Shown: one piece after another, positions 26,452 through 41,400 of the stretch | Layout: each line of letters opens with the position of its first letter | Numbering within the stretch: the first letter of the stretch is position 1 | DNA from: Takakia lepidozioides | Lineage: Eukaryota; Plantae; Bryophyta | Reading direction: 5' to 3' | Assembly: GCA_030704615.1 (NCBI GenBank) | Contig: CM060731.1 | Coordinates: forward strand, 79,670,001-79,734,000 | DNA: 64,000 nt | Position numbers and translations under genes: made by a program | The notes under the pieces: generated by a model | Seen by the model: only the letters and a program-made list of their open reading frames with translations | What the model was told of the DNA's origin: nothing | Databases searched by the model: none

Positions 26452-29400
26452 ATGATGGCAAAAGGAATGTCTTCCCTTCTTTTCTTCACGAAAAACTCGC
26501 CAAAGAAATCAGCTCAAGAACATAATGACGGAAACTCTTCACATGAGGGGAATGAATCATCACTCTCGTCTTCTTCAGCATGCCATCCTTTCTGTCCCAT
26601 ACCAGAGGCGGCTCACAATCCTATGACTGAGAACCCTGATTCCTCACCGCCCACAGTGAAGGCAGAATCATCCTCTTCTCGAGGGAAGAAGCGAGGTTCA
26701 TCTGGGTATGCGTTATCAGAGAATGTGGAGGGTAACAGTTCGGCTTCAGGAACCCCGGAAAGGAATCCGCTTTCTTCTTCAGGTCAATCGGGAGGGCCTG
26801 CAAAGACTAAGGCCAAGTACACCTGGCAATATCGGTACCTGTCGTCTTCTGGACTGGATGTGATGGGATCATCTGGCCTCAAGCACTCTCCATCATCACG
26901 TACTCTGCAGGATAGTAATAGCGCGGATTCAGCCACTAGTGTACCCACATCCCCCAAGAACCTCCGTCAATCAGCCTCTACCGCTGAGGTTCACAGGGAA
27001 GCATGGAATGGGAGTAGAATAGTTCACGCAGGAGCCATCAAGGCCGGAGGAGATAACGTTCATGGAACTCCGCGTGCTCTTAGAGTTGGACAAGGAAAGG
27101 GACCCATTGATACAGATGGTGGACCATTTTCTCGGGGGAGTTTCAATGGCCCACACAAGTCAGCTGCAACTCCTAGTAGGACTGTGACCCGTTCGCTGAA
27201 GTCTGGTTGGTCGTCGTCCAGTGCGAGTTTAGCAGGCGCGGGGCCCTCAGGCACACGGGCTATGGGGTCTACGGGAACCGTAGGGAGATCCATGGCGTTG
27301 ATGCAGCATGCTAGCCAGCACAGTAATGAGCAGCATTTTGATCTCGAGGAGGACCCATCTTTTTGGCAGGACCATAATGTGCAGGTTGGTTGTTCGGTCC
27401 ACTAATAATAGGTTCTCGGTTCTATCACTTTGGCATTCTCCTGGACAAATTTGTGATTGTGAAGTCAAATCTATTAATATAGTATCAGGTGAGGTTACAG
27501 TGCATGAAGCTACACATGTAGACAAATAGCTCAATGCTGTATTCTTGCATGTACATCTCCTGCAGGTGATCATACGCACCCGGCCAATCAGTAGCTCTGA
27601 AATCGCAGCACAAGGTTTCAGCAGATGTGTGAAGCAAGAAAACGCTCACACTGTCACTTGGCTTGGCCAGCCGGAGTCAAGATTCACATTTGACCATGTG
27701 GTGGGTGAAGTGGTTAGCCAGGTATGGCATGGAAAGTTTCTGTGAACGAACTGTTGAGTTGCCTGTCTTGGCCAAGCACCAAAGCTCTATGCAACCTGAT
27801 TGAAACACCAGGAGTTGCCATAGCTGCCATTGTGGATATCCAGGAGTTGTCGAGCAACACAAATAAAGCTTTACACTGCTTTTGTAGGAAGCATCTGAAA
27901 GAAAGAGGAAGAAGGAACTTTGTAGCATCTATGGAAAGCCAAAAGAGTTTACGGGCAAGAATGTATAACAAAGAGATAAAGCACTACAATGCAAGCCTAA
28001 GTTGCTGCAAGAAGATGGAGTGCCTCACAAGGATAAAGCTGTAAAGCATTTCTGGTCAATGCGGCACCAGTCTCTGAAGAGAAGCCATGGTCTGAGCTGG
28101 AAAGAATGCGGTTGCTCTTGTGAGTGCAGGACAAGCTGTTCAGAGTGGCAGGATTGCCCATGGTGGACAACTGTATGGCTGGCTACAATAGCTGCATGTT
28201 TGCTTATGGCCAGGTTGGCGATTGACCTCATTTGCGGGGGAATTTTGGGGTGATGGGCTGTTGCTATCTACTCTACTTATCCCCACACACGCTGCTTTAC
28301 ATGTGTGAAGGAAGATGATTGAGCAGACTTGTCACCATTCTTACTGCTTGCCATAGTCCTCAAAGATCCCTGCTGTTCCCCACTGTTTCGTTGCTGTCTA
28401 TCTAAGTTGAAAAGAGGTCCAGGTGGACAATGAGGGAATTTGTTTGAGGGTGTGACAGACAGGAAGTGGAAAAACTCACACAATGCTTGGAGACGTTGTT
28501 GATCTTGATCACAAACTCAGTGACAACCGAGGCATGACCCCGCGTGTGTTTGAGTGCCTTTTTAAAAAAATCTGCTTGGTATGTCTAGGTATCCTCGGCG
28601 CAGTAGGGAGTTCTTTATGATGTTATTGTGGGTTATGCATTTCCCTCCTGCCTCCCTCTCCAAGAAAGTAGAGACAAAGTACCATTTCTTCTTGTCCTAT
28701 TCCTGCATACTATGGAGCCCAAGGCAGATGTCTATAGAGACTCTCGACCAGTCTTTGACAGACACTTTCAGCTTTGAAGACCCAAAGTGCCTGGCAGCCT
28801 ACCTGCATGAGGCACTTTTTTATTGGTTGTTTGTTTGATGGTGGTTGTTCTACTTTGTCCCATAGGGCCCTTTGGGGCCCCCTTTTGGATGTAATAACAT
28901 TTTCCCTTTTTCTTTCCATCTGGCGCAAACCCCGCACCCCAGCTTCTGACTGAAATGGATTCTGCAGTGCCTAGAGTAATAAGATGATAAGCCATGCTCT
29001 CTTTGCCCACCACAACCCCCACACTGCTTGGCCTCTTCAAAGGTTTCTTGATTTGCATGTGAGCACTTGAGAGGTTTGTGCAACAGTTCTGCTCTCTGCT
29101 GTGGTCTGTGGTCCACAAGATCAGTAATTATGCACATTTCAATCACGTGTAGTGCAGTAGACTCTCAGTTGCGGGTAAATTTTGCTGGCTTTTTCTGTTT
29201 CGTTTCACAAACTTGTATCAGAGGATGTCTGTATGAAGGTAGAATATGAAGGCACAGGACAAGGAGCATTTCATTTAGTAATGCCCATTTCCTGTGTGGT
29301 GTTGGTATTGGGATGAAATGCACCAGGAGACCTAACAATGTACAATTAGAGATCATTGAAGCAAATCCTGGTGAAATGGCAGGAAGAAGGAGCGCGAAAC

Positions 29401-32400
29401 CATGAGCATTTAAAGTACACATGCAAGTGCTCCTTTTTGGAGATCTACAATGAGCAGATCATTGACCTACTAGAGCCATTTTCTACCAACTTGCAGGTAT
29501 TTACACCACCGTGATGTTGAAGTTGCTCATGATGGATTGCTCATTCTGAGTTTCGGGTGTGGAATGTGAGAAATCCCAGTACTTTCATAAACCCAAAAGC
29601 CTTTGTAAACCAAGAAATACCGACCCAGACTGGTCATCAAGCAGACAACTGTAGTGCAGCTAAACATTGACGAGTGGCCAGGCTAACCACCTTCTAAGGA
29701 AAACCTGCCACACTAGGAGGATACAAGGGGCAGACGCCATGCAGCACAAGTCCTTATCTGGGGATTTCTGTGGACAATTTAAAGTAACGTTTCTTTCTCT
29801 TCTCCTTTGTCCCATGGGTGTACACTCTTTGTTCTGTGACTGGTGCTGGTACATCTCTTGCCAAATTGGGGACTAGAACTAGAGCACCGCTGCTGATCTA
29901 CGCATTGAGCTTTCCAGGATGATGTCTATACTAGCTGGTACATGCAAAACGAAATTGGCATTTGCTATGTGCAAGCATTATGGTATTTTTATGCTGAGTT
30001 TCTCTAGCCCTATATTTGTTTGGAACAATCTGTTTGAGGGCATGCCATAGCCACCATTTGGCAGGAATGGTCACTGGTATATACTGCCACTCTTTTGTGG
30101 ATGTTTTAAGCTTTTTGTCTTATGTGTTTGGCAACTGCAAGCAAAGTGGGGTAGAAGTATATGTATTGTCGAGTACACTAATGGGATTTTCTGATAAGTT
30201 GATTATTTGAGAGCCTATTGATTGTATTTATCCTTTGGCTCCCTGTCAAACAGATGCGCGAGGATATGAAAAAGGGAGTGTATGTCGAAAATCTCTCCGA
30301 GGTTGAGGTGCAATGTGTTCAAGATGTTGTCCATCTCCTCCTCCTGGTAATATTTCACCATCTGTGTTATGAAATGTACTACAGTTCATGCAGCGGTGAG
30401 AGTTAATGTGGAAGAATAATTCTCTAATTATTAGGTTTCTTGGAGGCATGTTGTGCAGTGATATTTGAAAGGAAGGAAAAGTATTTTAGAATGTCAATGG
30501 TAAGCTCAAAGAGCTTATGGGACAAAAGAAAGAATGATCCAAGAAAGACTGGGGCACTCAATAAGCAACCTGAAAACAACTATAAAACCAGGGATTCTCT
30601 AAGGTGGGAGTGCCTCAAGAAATGAAATGGTACTTTTATAACATTGGCGGGAAGCGCAAATAGCTTGTGGGACAAGATGAAGAAAGAAACAAGAAAGAGG
30701 AAGGGCTGCAAACAGACCAAAAGCACTAAAGCTCAAGGAATTGTGTAAGAGTCAAGGCTTCATGCAGGTAAGCTACCAAGCATTTCTGATCCTTGTAATG
30801 GAAGACCTCCATGAGAGATTGGGTATCCCGGAATAGACAATTGAAACTCCCATGGATCTCGTAGTATAGAGGGCAGTGAAAGAAGGAATGTTCTTCACTT
30901 TCAATTTCTCAGTAGTTTATGCAAGCGGGGCATAGTCTATCTTCATGTTGCATAATTTCCCACCTAGACTGTTGGAGCCCATTCTGAACCTCCCCAATGC
31001 CCTTAGAAATGAAATGAAATGAAATGGTACTTTATAACATCCAGGGAAGCTGAAACAGCTGAGGGGGAAGGAAAGTAGAGAACAACAGAAGTGGGATACC
31101 AACAACCAGCCCCCACAACCAGAACACTACAGTTCCAATTGAAGAGATTCTCTAAGGTGGAGAGTCTGTTGTAGCTATGTTGCAAGGCATCTCTGGTCCT
31201 TGGAACACCTCTATTAGGGATTAGTATCTCTAAATAAGCAAAGATAGTGGCCCTGGATTTTGTAACTGAGAGGACGGTGAAAAAAGGAAAGTTCTTGAGT
31301 CTTATTCTCCAGCCTGTCTTGTCTAACAAGTTGGTCGGCACACCACAGCTTCTGCCATGTGCCAGTCTCTATCTACAGGCTTTGTGAGCCCACCCTGAAT
31401 CAACCCAATGCCTGTAGAGACAGGGAGACAGAGGTGGGCTGTAAGATTCCATCCGGCAGAGGATGAGTAAGGTTCCAGGTCCAGTGGAGGGAAGTCCCTT
31501 CAGCTCTTGCCCAATGAGTCTGTTCCTGCTGATTTCAAGACGTTCTGGAAAGACATGAAATGAAATGAAATGAAATGGTACTTCATAACGTCTGCGGAAA
31601 GCTCAAAGAGCTTACGGGACAAACTGGAAAAACATGAGAGGAAACAAAACCAGAGCCAAAAAAAAGCCCAAAAGCAACTACTGCTGAAGGGGATGTCTAA
31701 GGGTCAGGGCCTGGTGCAGGTAAGCTGCCAAGCATTTTTGATCCTCATAGTGGAAGACTTCAGTGTGAGTTCCACAGAATAGACACAGGAATCTCCAACA
31801 AATCTCATAATATAGAGGGCAATAAAAGAAGAAATGAAATGAAATGAAATGGTACTTGAGTTCCATAAGCAGAACACTTAATTTGTTGGGCACTTATGTG
31901 AAATCCCATGTTCCTTACACACAATTGGCAGCATTGAGGGAGGAGCTCAAGCAAGAGTTTGAGGCAAGAATTGCCACTGAGTGTGCGAAGAAGGTGGATG
32001 TGGAGGCTAACCATAGGTTGCAGAAAGAGTTGGAGGACACTCAATCTGCTCTACAGCTTGCAAAGGGAAACCTGATTGAAGCAGGTCTGGAGCAGGAGAA
32101 GTTACATGAAGTGCACAAGCAGCAGTTCTGTGGAAAGCTCTAAGAGCTTATGGGACAAGAGGAAGCAATAAACAAGAAATGAAATGAAATGAAATGAAAT
32201 GGTGCTTTATATCGTCTGCGGAAAGCTCATAGAGCTTATGGGACAAAATGGAAGAAAACATGAGAGAGGAAACAAAACCAGAGCCAAAAATAAAAACTGT
32301 TGCTCGAGAAAGAAAGGAAATGAAATGGTACCGCACACCATTTGTGGGAAGCTCAAAGAGCTTGAGGGCCCCCAAGCAACTAAAGCTCAAGTGATTGTCT

Positions 32401-35400
32401 AAGAGTCAATGCTTCATGCAGGTAAGCTGCCAAGCATTCCTGATCCTCGTAATGGCAGAGAGAGGGTGTTAGAAGTCAGCTCAGATTTAGTTAGCTAGGG
32501 TTCTGTTAGGGTTTTTTGACGGCTAGGGATAGTTCTACCAGAAGGTACCAGCCACCAGAGGTTACTAGAGAACTCACGTAGGATTTAAGGGAAAGGCTGA
32601 GGCAATGCCCAGCACTTCTTCTAGCATTTTGGATGTGCTATCCTAGTAGATTGCAGAGAGAGGAGGAGGAGAAGTCCAGCATCTACTTTTGTAAGTTCTT
32701 TTCTTTTGCAGTAAGGAGCATTCTTAGCATTCTTGTTAGGACTGACACTTCTTGTTAGTACTAACTCTTTGGTTGGTTTAGGCGTCAGTTTTTGTACTGC
32801 TGCTTGTGCTAGAAGCTATCTGTCAATATCTCTAGGAGGTAGAGGACAGGTCTAGTTTCCAACATAGGGGACCTCCACAAGCAGCCCAAAAGCAACTATT
32901 GCTCAAGGGATTGTCTAAGAGTCAAAGCCTCATGCAGGTAAGCTGTCAAGCATTTCTGATCCTCGTATGAAAGACCTCTGTGAGATATTGGATTTCACGG
33001 AAAAGACAATTGAATCTTTCATGGATCTCAGAGTAGAAAGGACAGTGAAAGAAGAAATGTTCTTCACTTTCGATTTCCCTGGTATTCCCAGTGCAAGCTA
33101 AACTATTAGGTGGTCTTCAGGAGGCAGGTTGTCCCACCTAGCCTGTGGGGCCCACACTGAACCTCTTCAATGCCCTTAGAAGAGAGGGAGATAGAGCTGC
33201 AGACAGGAAATGACATGGTACTTTATGACGTCCATCGGAAGCTCAAAGAGCAGAAATGAAATGAAGTGGTACTTTATAATGTCATAAGCTCACAGAGCAG
33301 AGAGAGGGGCCACAAAAGAAGGAGTTGAAGGAACCCAAAATAAGAACTGTGTCAGACTTGGTTAGTCCATGCTCCTGGATGCGGGTCTGCTTTCAAGGAC
33401 ATCCAGTCTTCAAAGGATGAGCAGTCTTTGAAGTGAAGAAAGTATCTCCCTCTGCTGTTTTTGTATACTAGCAAGACATGGAGGTGTTATGAGGCTGCAT
33501 CTCATGGACCTAGAGCATACTAAACTATGGGAATATAGGGTGTGGTAAGGAGAGTGTCATCTTACATGTTTCTGCATGGAGTCTCAGGGGGCTTCCAACA
33601 GGAGAGTGGCCACCACCAATATGAACTGCGAGAGCAGTCGTGCACATAGTGTGTTTACTTGCATCATCGAAAGCAAGGTTTACTTTCCTCTCCAGGCAAC
33701 ATCATCTAAGTTTCATCTTTCCTTGCCATGTCATTAGTTTCCATTCAGTCTCTTACTGTTTAAGAGCATGTCATCACAATTTGTCTGAGAGATTCTTAGA
33801 AATGGATAAACTGTGCCTCTTATTCTCTAAATCTTCTTATTCTACGTGCAGTGGGAACGTGATTCTATGATGAACACTCGATTTGGACGATTGAATCTAG
33901 TGGATCTCGCAGGATCCGAAAGGTGTACCAATGATCATCCTTCTCCTTGTGATTACGTCCATTATAGATACTGTTTGTCACTGACTAGAATGTATTCATA
34001 AGATGTTTGCCGTAGCCTTTTGTGTCACTGACTAGAGTGGGAACATAGAAGGGGTCGACATGAATACACATGACGATCCTAACTGCTATGTTGGATGCTC
34101 AAAGCGGACAGGCAGAAGGCCTCAGGTGCTGAAGGCGAGCGATTGAAAGAAGCTGCCAACATCAACAAATCTCTTTCAACTCTTGGGTAATTCCAAACTT
34201 AGTAATGATACACACTATATACGGAGGACAGAAATATTATAGACAAAGGAATAAAGGGATCAAGAAAGAATGGAAATGAAATAAGAACTAGAAATGGTCC
34301 TTTATAACGTCTGCGGGAAGCTCAAGGAGCTCATGGGACGAGAGGAAGGAAATGAAACGAAATGAAATGATACTTTATAACGTCCGCAGAAAGCTCAAAG
34401 AGCTTATGGGACAAGGAAGAAAACAAAAATAAAGAGAGACCTGACAGTAGTTTTGACCGCAAATCTTACAGTAGAGAGGACAGTGAAAGAAGATTATTCA
34501 CTGTCAATCTCCCGTCTGTCATCTCTATCGTAAGTAGTGGCACAAGTGGCACGCTACATGTTGTCCATCTACCAATCTCTATCTGCAATCTTTGAAAAGA
34601 TAGTAGTACCTCCCACGTATGTCATAATATACAGGACAGGAAAAGAAGTGGTGCGCTGTATCCACTTCCTCGAATGTGCATACTGTGTAGATTGGAACGT
34701 CCTGTGTTTTATCTCAAGACCATTTCCCCGTGTCAATCAGCAACCTATGAGAGCCATCTCGGAAGACACCGAGGGTCGCATGAGGACTGGGTATGATTAT
34801 CCGACTATCCCTGATTTCGAAAAAGATGTCCCTGTAGTATCTGAGACTGGTGGTGAGTTGTCTGGGCCCATGTTTTTTGCACGTAAACCTTGTTGAGATC
34901 TTCTCGAATCAGCCTGTTGCTCTCATTCTTCATAAGTATGACCTCTGGTGGTGGGTTGAAAGGAGGGAGGTAGTGGCATTGAGATTGTAGTGTGCGAGGG
35001 ATTTTCTCAGGTGGTAGTACCACCAGCATTTTGATTCCTTTCTCAGATAAATGTTGAGTTGTGGACAGTGGCCTCGCCGGAAGCCAGTCCTCCAGATCCA
35101 AAGAAGGAAGATGATACTCCTCATACTTGAGAGCTTCAGTGTCAAATTCAGCATCCAGCTTTGCCCTTTACCCCTCCATGAGTCCTGATGAATTCTTCCA
35201 AGGTGTCCATGTTGTGTCCAAAGAGCATAGGTGAGAGTGGGCATCCTTGTTTGACTCTGCTGTCACTTTACACCTCCTCTGAAGCCGTCAGCTGTCATAA
35301 CGTCATAACTCTCCCAACAATACTCACATAATATTTGGATAGCCAAGAGGATGTCAGATGGGACTTCAAGCTTCTTTAATGTCTGCCAAAAGGAAGCCCT

Positions 35401-38400
35401 AGGGATTTAATCAAAAGCTTTTGGGAAGTCCACCAGATGAACAGAAATGAAATGAAATGGTACTTAATAGTGTCTGTGGGAAGCTCAAAGAGCTTATGGG
35501 ACAAGAGGAAATGAAATGAAAAGAAGGAACTTTATAATGTCCGCAGAAAGCTCGAAGAGCTTATGTGACAAAAGGAAAGCAAGAAACAACAAAGAATAAA
35601 AAACAGAGTGAAGCCAGAAGCAGCCCAAAAGCAACTACTGCTCAAGGGATTGCCTAAGGGTCAAAGCTTCGTGCAGATAATCTGATCCTCAGGAAGAAAT
35701 AACAAGAAAGAGAGGGGCCACAAATAGCCCAAAAGCAACTAAAGCTCAAGGGATTGTCTTAAGGGTCAACTCTTCATGCAGGTAAGTTGCCAAGCTTTCT
35801 GATCCTTGGAATAAACGACTTCCATGAGAGATTGGGTATCCTGAATTAGCCAGTTGAATCTCCCATGGATCTCGAATATTAAAAAGCAGGAAAGAATTTT
35901 TATATCGTCCATGGAGGGAGAGGTTAGAACAAACCAACTACTTCAGGATACATCAAATGTTGCTTAAGATAGAGTGCCTCAAGCAGGAATTGAAACCTGA
36001 AGACTTCCGCTCAAGATTGGGAATCTCTGAGGTTCCTCATTTATACTAAGGTGTTGGTCTTGTTTGAAAACGAGGAGGTTGTGCACCAACTCTGTGGGTT
36101 TGTACCTGTAGGTTGGTGATCATGATCCTGGTGGATGTAGCCAATGGTAAACAGCGTCATGTGCCATACCGTGATTCAAAGCTCACCTTTCTTCTCCAGG
36201 TTTGTCTTTGTGCCAAGGCCAGTTTTCCTTGCTGACTCTAGCAACCACTTGTAGTTGTCACATCAGTCATGTTTTGTTGTATTGAACTCACTCAGCAGAA
36301 GATTGTGGTATAAAACTCTCCAGGATTCTTTATATTGATGTCCAACATTTTCCCACCTTTTCTTTGGAAATATTTGAAATAACGAGGAAAATTGGATCTG
36401 TTGGGGCAGGATTCCCTTGGAGGCAATTCGAAGACAACTATAATTGCGAATATTAGTCCTTCCAGCTGGTAATGAAGCGAATCATTATGTCATCCACTGT
36501 CATTAAACTTTGGCTTAGGGATTGTGCGTCCTATTGGGTTAGTAGCTACATTGCTGGATATACATCTGGTCATGTCTTACAGACAATTATTCTCAGTGAT
36601 ATTCTCTGTTCAATGTAAATATTATGTTTAACCACTTGGAGGCATTTGTTGGCAGCTCTTCAATGGAGACACTTAGTACACTCAAGTTTGCTCAGCGTGC
36701 CAAGTTTATCCATAACAATGTATGCTCTCCTTACCATTCTACACATCATGGTTCTTTCTGAAGAAATTCAGTTGCCGTTAATTGGACTGCGTCTATAACA
36801 GCTATGCTTGCTTAGTGGTGGAAGAGTTTCTGACGTTCTTATTTATGTACAGGCTGTTGTCAATGAAGACACATCCGGAGATGTTAGTAGCTTGCGTCAG
36901 CAAATTGAACAGTTGAAGGTGTGGAGAATATTACTAACTGATTTGTGTGTGGTCCTCCATCTCGTCCTCTTTCTATGGATTTCTTCACTTGTAATCCAAA
37001 TATCCCGTTGAGCAGGTCCCTTTTTGTATCATTGCACTTGGGTCCTCTCTGCTGCACAAACACCCTCTCCTGACAATGTTTTCCCCAACATTGATAGGAG
37101 GAGTTGGCTCGTATTCGAAGACAAAGCATATCAAGGATACCATCAGTGCGATCAACGGGAATTTTGCATGAAAGCATACCGGAAGGGGAGCATGGCTATG
37201 GTATGACTACTTCAGCTACTGGGCTTCAACCAGCATTCCAGTCATCAGACTTACTGGAGTGTAATAAGGCTCCTGCTATCTCCCAAATCTTTCATAAGGT
37301 GTGTCCACTTTCCTGCAGTTTTAATCTCCTTTAGTGTGATAATGTTCCATATCCTCATTAGAAACACTGGTAAACATTTCAACTAAAAGTCCCTGAGGTC
37401 TGAAGTAGTGAATATGGTTGCTGGCACATATGCATCAATTGAGTGAAAATTTCAGTCATGTGTCTTGTGTACCTATCTGCCGTTGATGACCAATGATTGC
37501 TTGGAACATGCAAGCAGATACAAAAATTGGAGGCTATGTTGGCAGGAGCTCTCAGAAGAGAGCAGGCAGCCAACCTTTCCACACAGCATTTGGCTGCTGA
37601 GATTGAGCAACTGAATTGCTTGGTGGGTATCCTCTTCATTACAGTCTGTCATGCTTAGATCTAGAGCCAACGGGCACCCGCAAGCAAATTCCACGAGTTG
37701 ACTCATGCTTCTGTCTTGGTTTGTCATACTGTAGATCTTTCTTTGAAGCAGAGTGCTTGCTTGGCCTGGACACTTCTATTGCACCTCTTTTCATCAAAAT
37801 TCCTTCACTATGTTTTTGACCAGAAGGACAATTTAATGTGTTTCATGGAGGCAAGGCATAGGTTGGAAACACCAAAGTGGAGGGTGAAAAAGGAGAAGCA
37901 TTATGGGTCAAGTTGGATGAAGCTCTAAGTCTTACTGTGCAGGTGAAGCAGCGGGAAGATGATACTCAGTGCAGCAAGATGATGCTGCGTTTCAGGGAAG
38001 ACAAAATCCAGAGACTTGAGTTGCTTTCGAAAGGTCTTCTGCCTGCAGACACTTTTCTTATGGAAGAAAAAAATGCTGTACAGGCGGAATTACAGCTAGT
38101 GCAAGTGCGAACAGAGCACAACCCTGAGCTGACACGGTTTGCCATGGAAAACATACGTCTGTCAGAGGAACTTCGCAGGTCCCCAACAATATCACACTGA
38201 CAAGTTTGGATAATTGGAAGCTAGCCTACTTGTGCAAACCCAGTTAGCAATGATTTTGTACATGTGATTATTATGGAGATCTTTTTCTTAGATGCCTTCA
38301 AGGTGAGTGAATGTTGTTGCATAACTGATCATATCCTGCAAAGCAAAAAGAATGAGACAAGTATTGGGGCACTGTTTGCAATACAGGTACCAGGACTTTT

Positions 38401-41400
38401 ACACTGGCGGAGAGAGGGAAGTTATGGCTGAGGAGATTTCAAGGCTCCGGGATCAAGTATGATGTAATAGACCACTGTCTGAGTTCTGATTTCTCGTTAG
38501 AGCATTTGTAATTGGGCAAATGAGTAATTGGGCTGCGATAGGGTGTCTGGATAGAGCTGCAATTTGTGAGAGGGTCATTGCTCAAATTGTATTCTACAAA
38601 TTTTATAACATGCAGAAGGAGCCCAGACGGCCCTGCAAAAACAGTAGGGATATCAGAACTCTGAAGAATGTACTCTTAAGATGTTGTTTGCCACCCAGTT
38701 TTGGTGGAACAAAAGGGAACTGACACTACCTTTGTTAAGGGCTCACTCCAGTAGTGAGACTTAACATGACATAAACAATTGGTTCATGCTCTCCAGATTT
38801 CCTCCAGAAAGCCCTTCTCAATCTGCTGTGTGATCTACTCAGCAGTTAGGTACATCAAGAGTGACTGTCTCTGATGAGAGGGCATTGCATCGTCTTCAGG
38901 CTTCCTGCATATTGGGCATTAGCAATCTTCCTTTCCTCTCTGCATCAGAAAGAAACAACTAGGAAGAACAAACTGTAGAATAGAAATGAAATGAAATAGT
39001 ACTTTATAACGCCCGTGGAAAGCTCAAAGAGCTTATGGGAGAAAATGGAAAAAAAACATGAGAGAGGAAACAAAAGCAGAGCCAAAAAACAGCCCAAAAC
39101 CAACTACTGCTCCAGGGATTGTCTAAGGGTGAAGGCCTCGTGTAGGTAACCTGCCAAGCATTTCTGATCCTCATGGTGGAAGACTTAAGTGAGAGATTGA
39201 CTTCTGAATAGACAGTGGAATCTCCCACGGACCTCGTAATATAGAGGGCAATTAAAGAAGAAGTGTTCTTCAGTTTCAATTTCCTTGTTGTGCCCGGTGC
39301 AAGCTGGGCATAGGCGGTCCTCCCGTTGTAGGTTTTCCCATCTGCCAGTCTCTATCCGTAGATTGTGGGAATAGAGAAATCACGAACTACTCAAAGCTCA
39401 TGAAGATGGATTGTCTCATGCAGGTAAGCTGCTGAGGGCATTTGCCTGGGTAAGGATACAGGAAGTTCGGAGACTGAGAGGAAGGATTGAGGTTTCTGAA
39501 TTTTGAAGTGGTTACTGGGTTTTTCTTGAGCAAAACCCAACCAGTTCTTTAAGGAAAGAGAAGAGAGGCACACCTCAATGACTGCAATTTGGGTACAACG
39601 TACCTTTAATGAATGGCATACACCCATGGGATAGTGACCCTTCCGAAGCTGTGTGGGGGTTTAGCCCACCAATGGTAGAGGGAAGGGAAAGGAAAGGAAA
39701 TAAATGGATTTTCAGAAAGAATCATCTATTTTACCCAACTAACAACCTTGTGACCATGATGGATGCCTACAGTTGCTGGAAGTGGTGGACAGCAGGCTCT
39801 CACTGAATTCCCTTACCAGTCTGCAGGTTTTCTTCTCCTCTTTGAGCTTGCCGCGGAGGTTATAAAGTACCATTTCATTTCATTTCCCTTACCCCTTCAT
39901 TTCATTATTTCTCTTTCTTGTTCCATGCTTTCTCTTGTATAGTAAAGTAGCATTTCTCAAAGAGCTCTTTGAGTTTTTGTGAACGTTATAAAGTATCATT
40001 TCATTTCTTCTGTTGTTGTGGGCCTGTCATTGGCCACTCCTTTCATGAATTTCAAGGACTGTGAGGTTGATTGTCCACCTCATTTAATGTGGGTTCTTAC
40101 TATAACATGTTTGCTGTGGGACTGATGAGACTCGTGTCTTCCTCAGCAGAGGGAGGAATTAGCGCCTGAACTCACTTCTGAAAAACAAGAGATCAAGTTG
40201 GTTCACATTCAGGTATGCTGTCGAAGGAAAGTGCACTACAGGAATTTTACCAATATCTGGCTCTGCGTGCAACCACAGAATGCTTGTACAACATGCATAT
40301 TTTCTTGAACACTTCAAAAGTCTTGTTGTATGTGTGGACTGTACTGAATGCAGGCTGACAAATACCAGAGAGAAACTGAGGAATGCCGGAGGAAATTGAG
40401 TACATGTCTAGAGTCCAATGCAAGAATGGCGAGGTATGACAATGCCTTGACTAAGTTCCTAGTTAATCCAAGTTGGTTGACTGCTGTTTCACCAATTTGT
40501 GCATCGCCATCCTCCAACATTGTCATCACCAAGAACCAATAAATCTGCACGCTTTTGATGAAAGTGATCTTTTTACTCATTTGACAGTAGTTCAACAAGC
40601 TTCTCTGAAACAATATTATCTGATAATTAAGGATGACATGTAGCACAAATCAATGGACATTCTGCCTATACTGCCATCGTGGATGGCCTATTATGTGTGT
40701 CTTTTCATTCATATGAGCAATGTACACCAGCATGGTGGATTTGCACACCATCCTAATCTTGAACTAATAGAAATGGCCTACTGAATGTAGACACCATTGG
40801 CAATAAAATGCACCCTTGGACTAATTAACCTCCAAAGGTTTTGATCAGGGTTCGGACTGGACCCCCTTCATGGCCAAAGCTTGCATTTTCTTCTCATAGT
40901 ATCTGGTATATCAAGGTGCCCAAACTCATATCAAGTACAACAAGTAACTTTAGTTCTCATATTGGCAAGTCTCCGGCAAATAGATAGCAGATCAAGTAAC
41001 TCTAATATTTCATACTGCTGTATCTTTCTTTCAGGCAACTTGATGAACTGCAGTTTGTGGTGGGTGAGAGGAAGGCAGAGTGCAGTCAGCAACAGAAGGA
41101 GCTGAAGACAAACAGGGTGCCGATACACCCTTTGCTTCTGTCTCATTATGAAGACAGTTCTTTCATGCAAGTGACAGGTCCAGCAGTTCTAGAACATGGA
41201 GCCATATTTTCTGTCACTTGGTTCTTATCATGCCATTTGAAGCTATGTAGAGAGACTATTTTTTACGGATGCAGTAACATAGTGACAGGGCTTCACCACA
41301 AATGAGTGCTTGAAATGTCGTGTGTGGGTATGGTTGATGGACTAAAGACACTTGAACTGGTGATATGAAGGGTTGACATGGACATGAAAAGTTGTGGCTG

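Noticed and set aside
30347-39772. Chromosomal inversion as the cause of the antisense repeat domain
   Set aside because: Kinesin exons throughout this interval remain on + and in correct order, so the block was not inverted as a whole.
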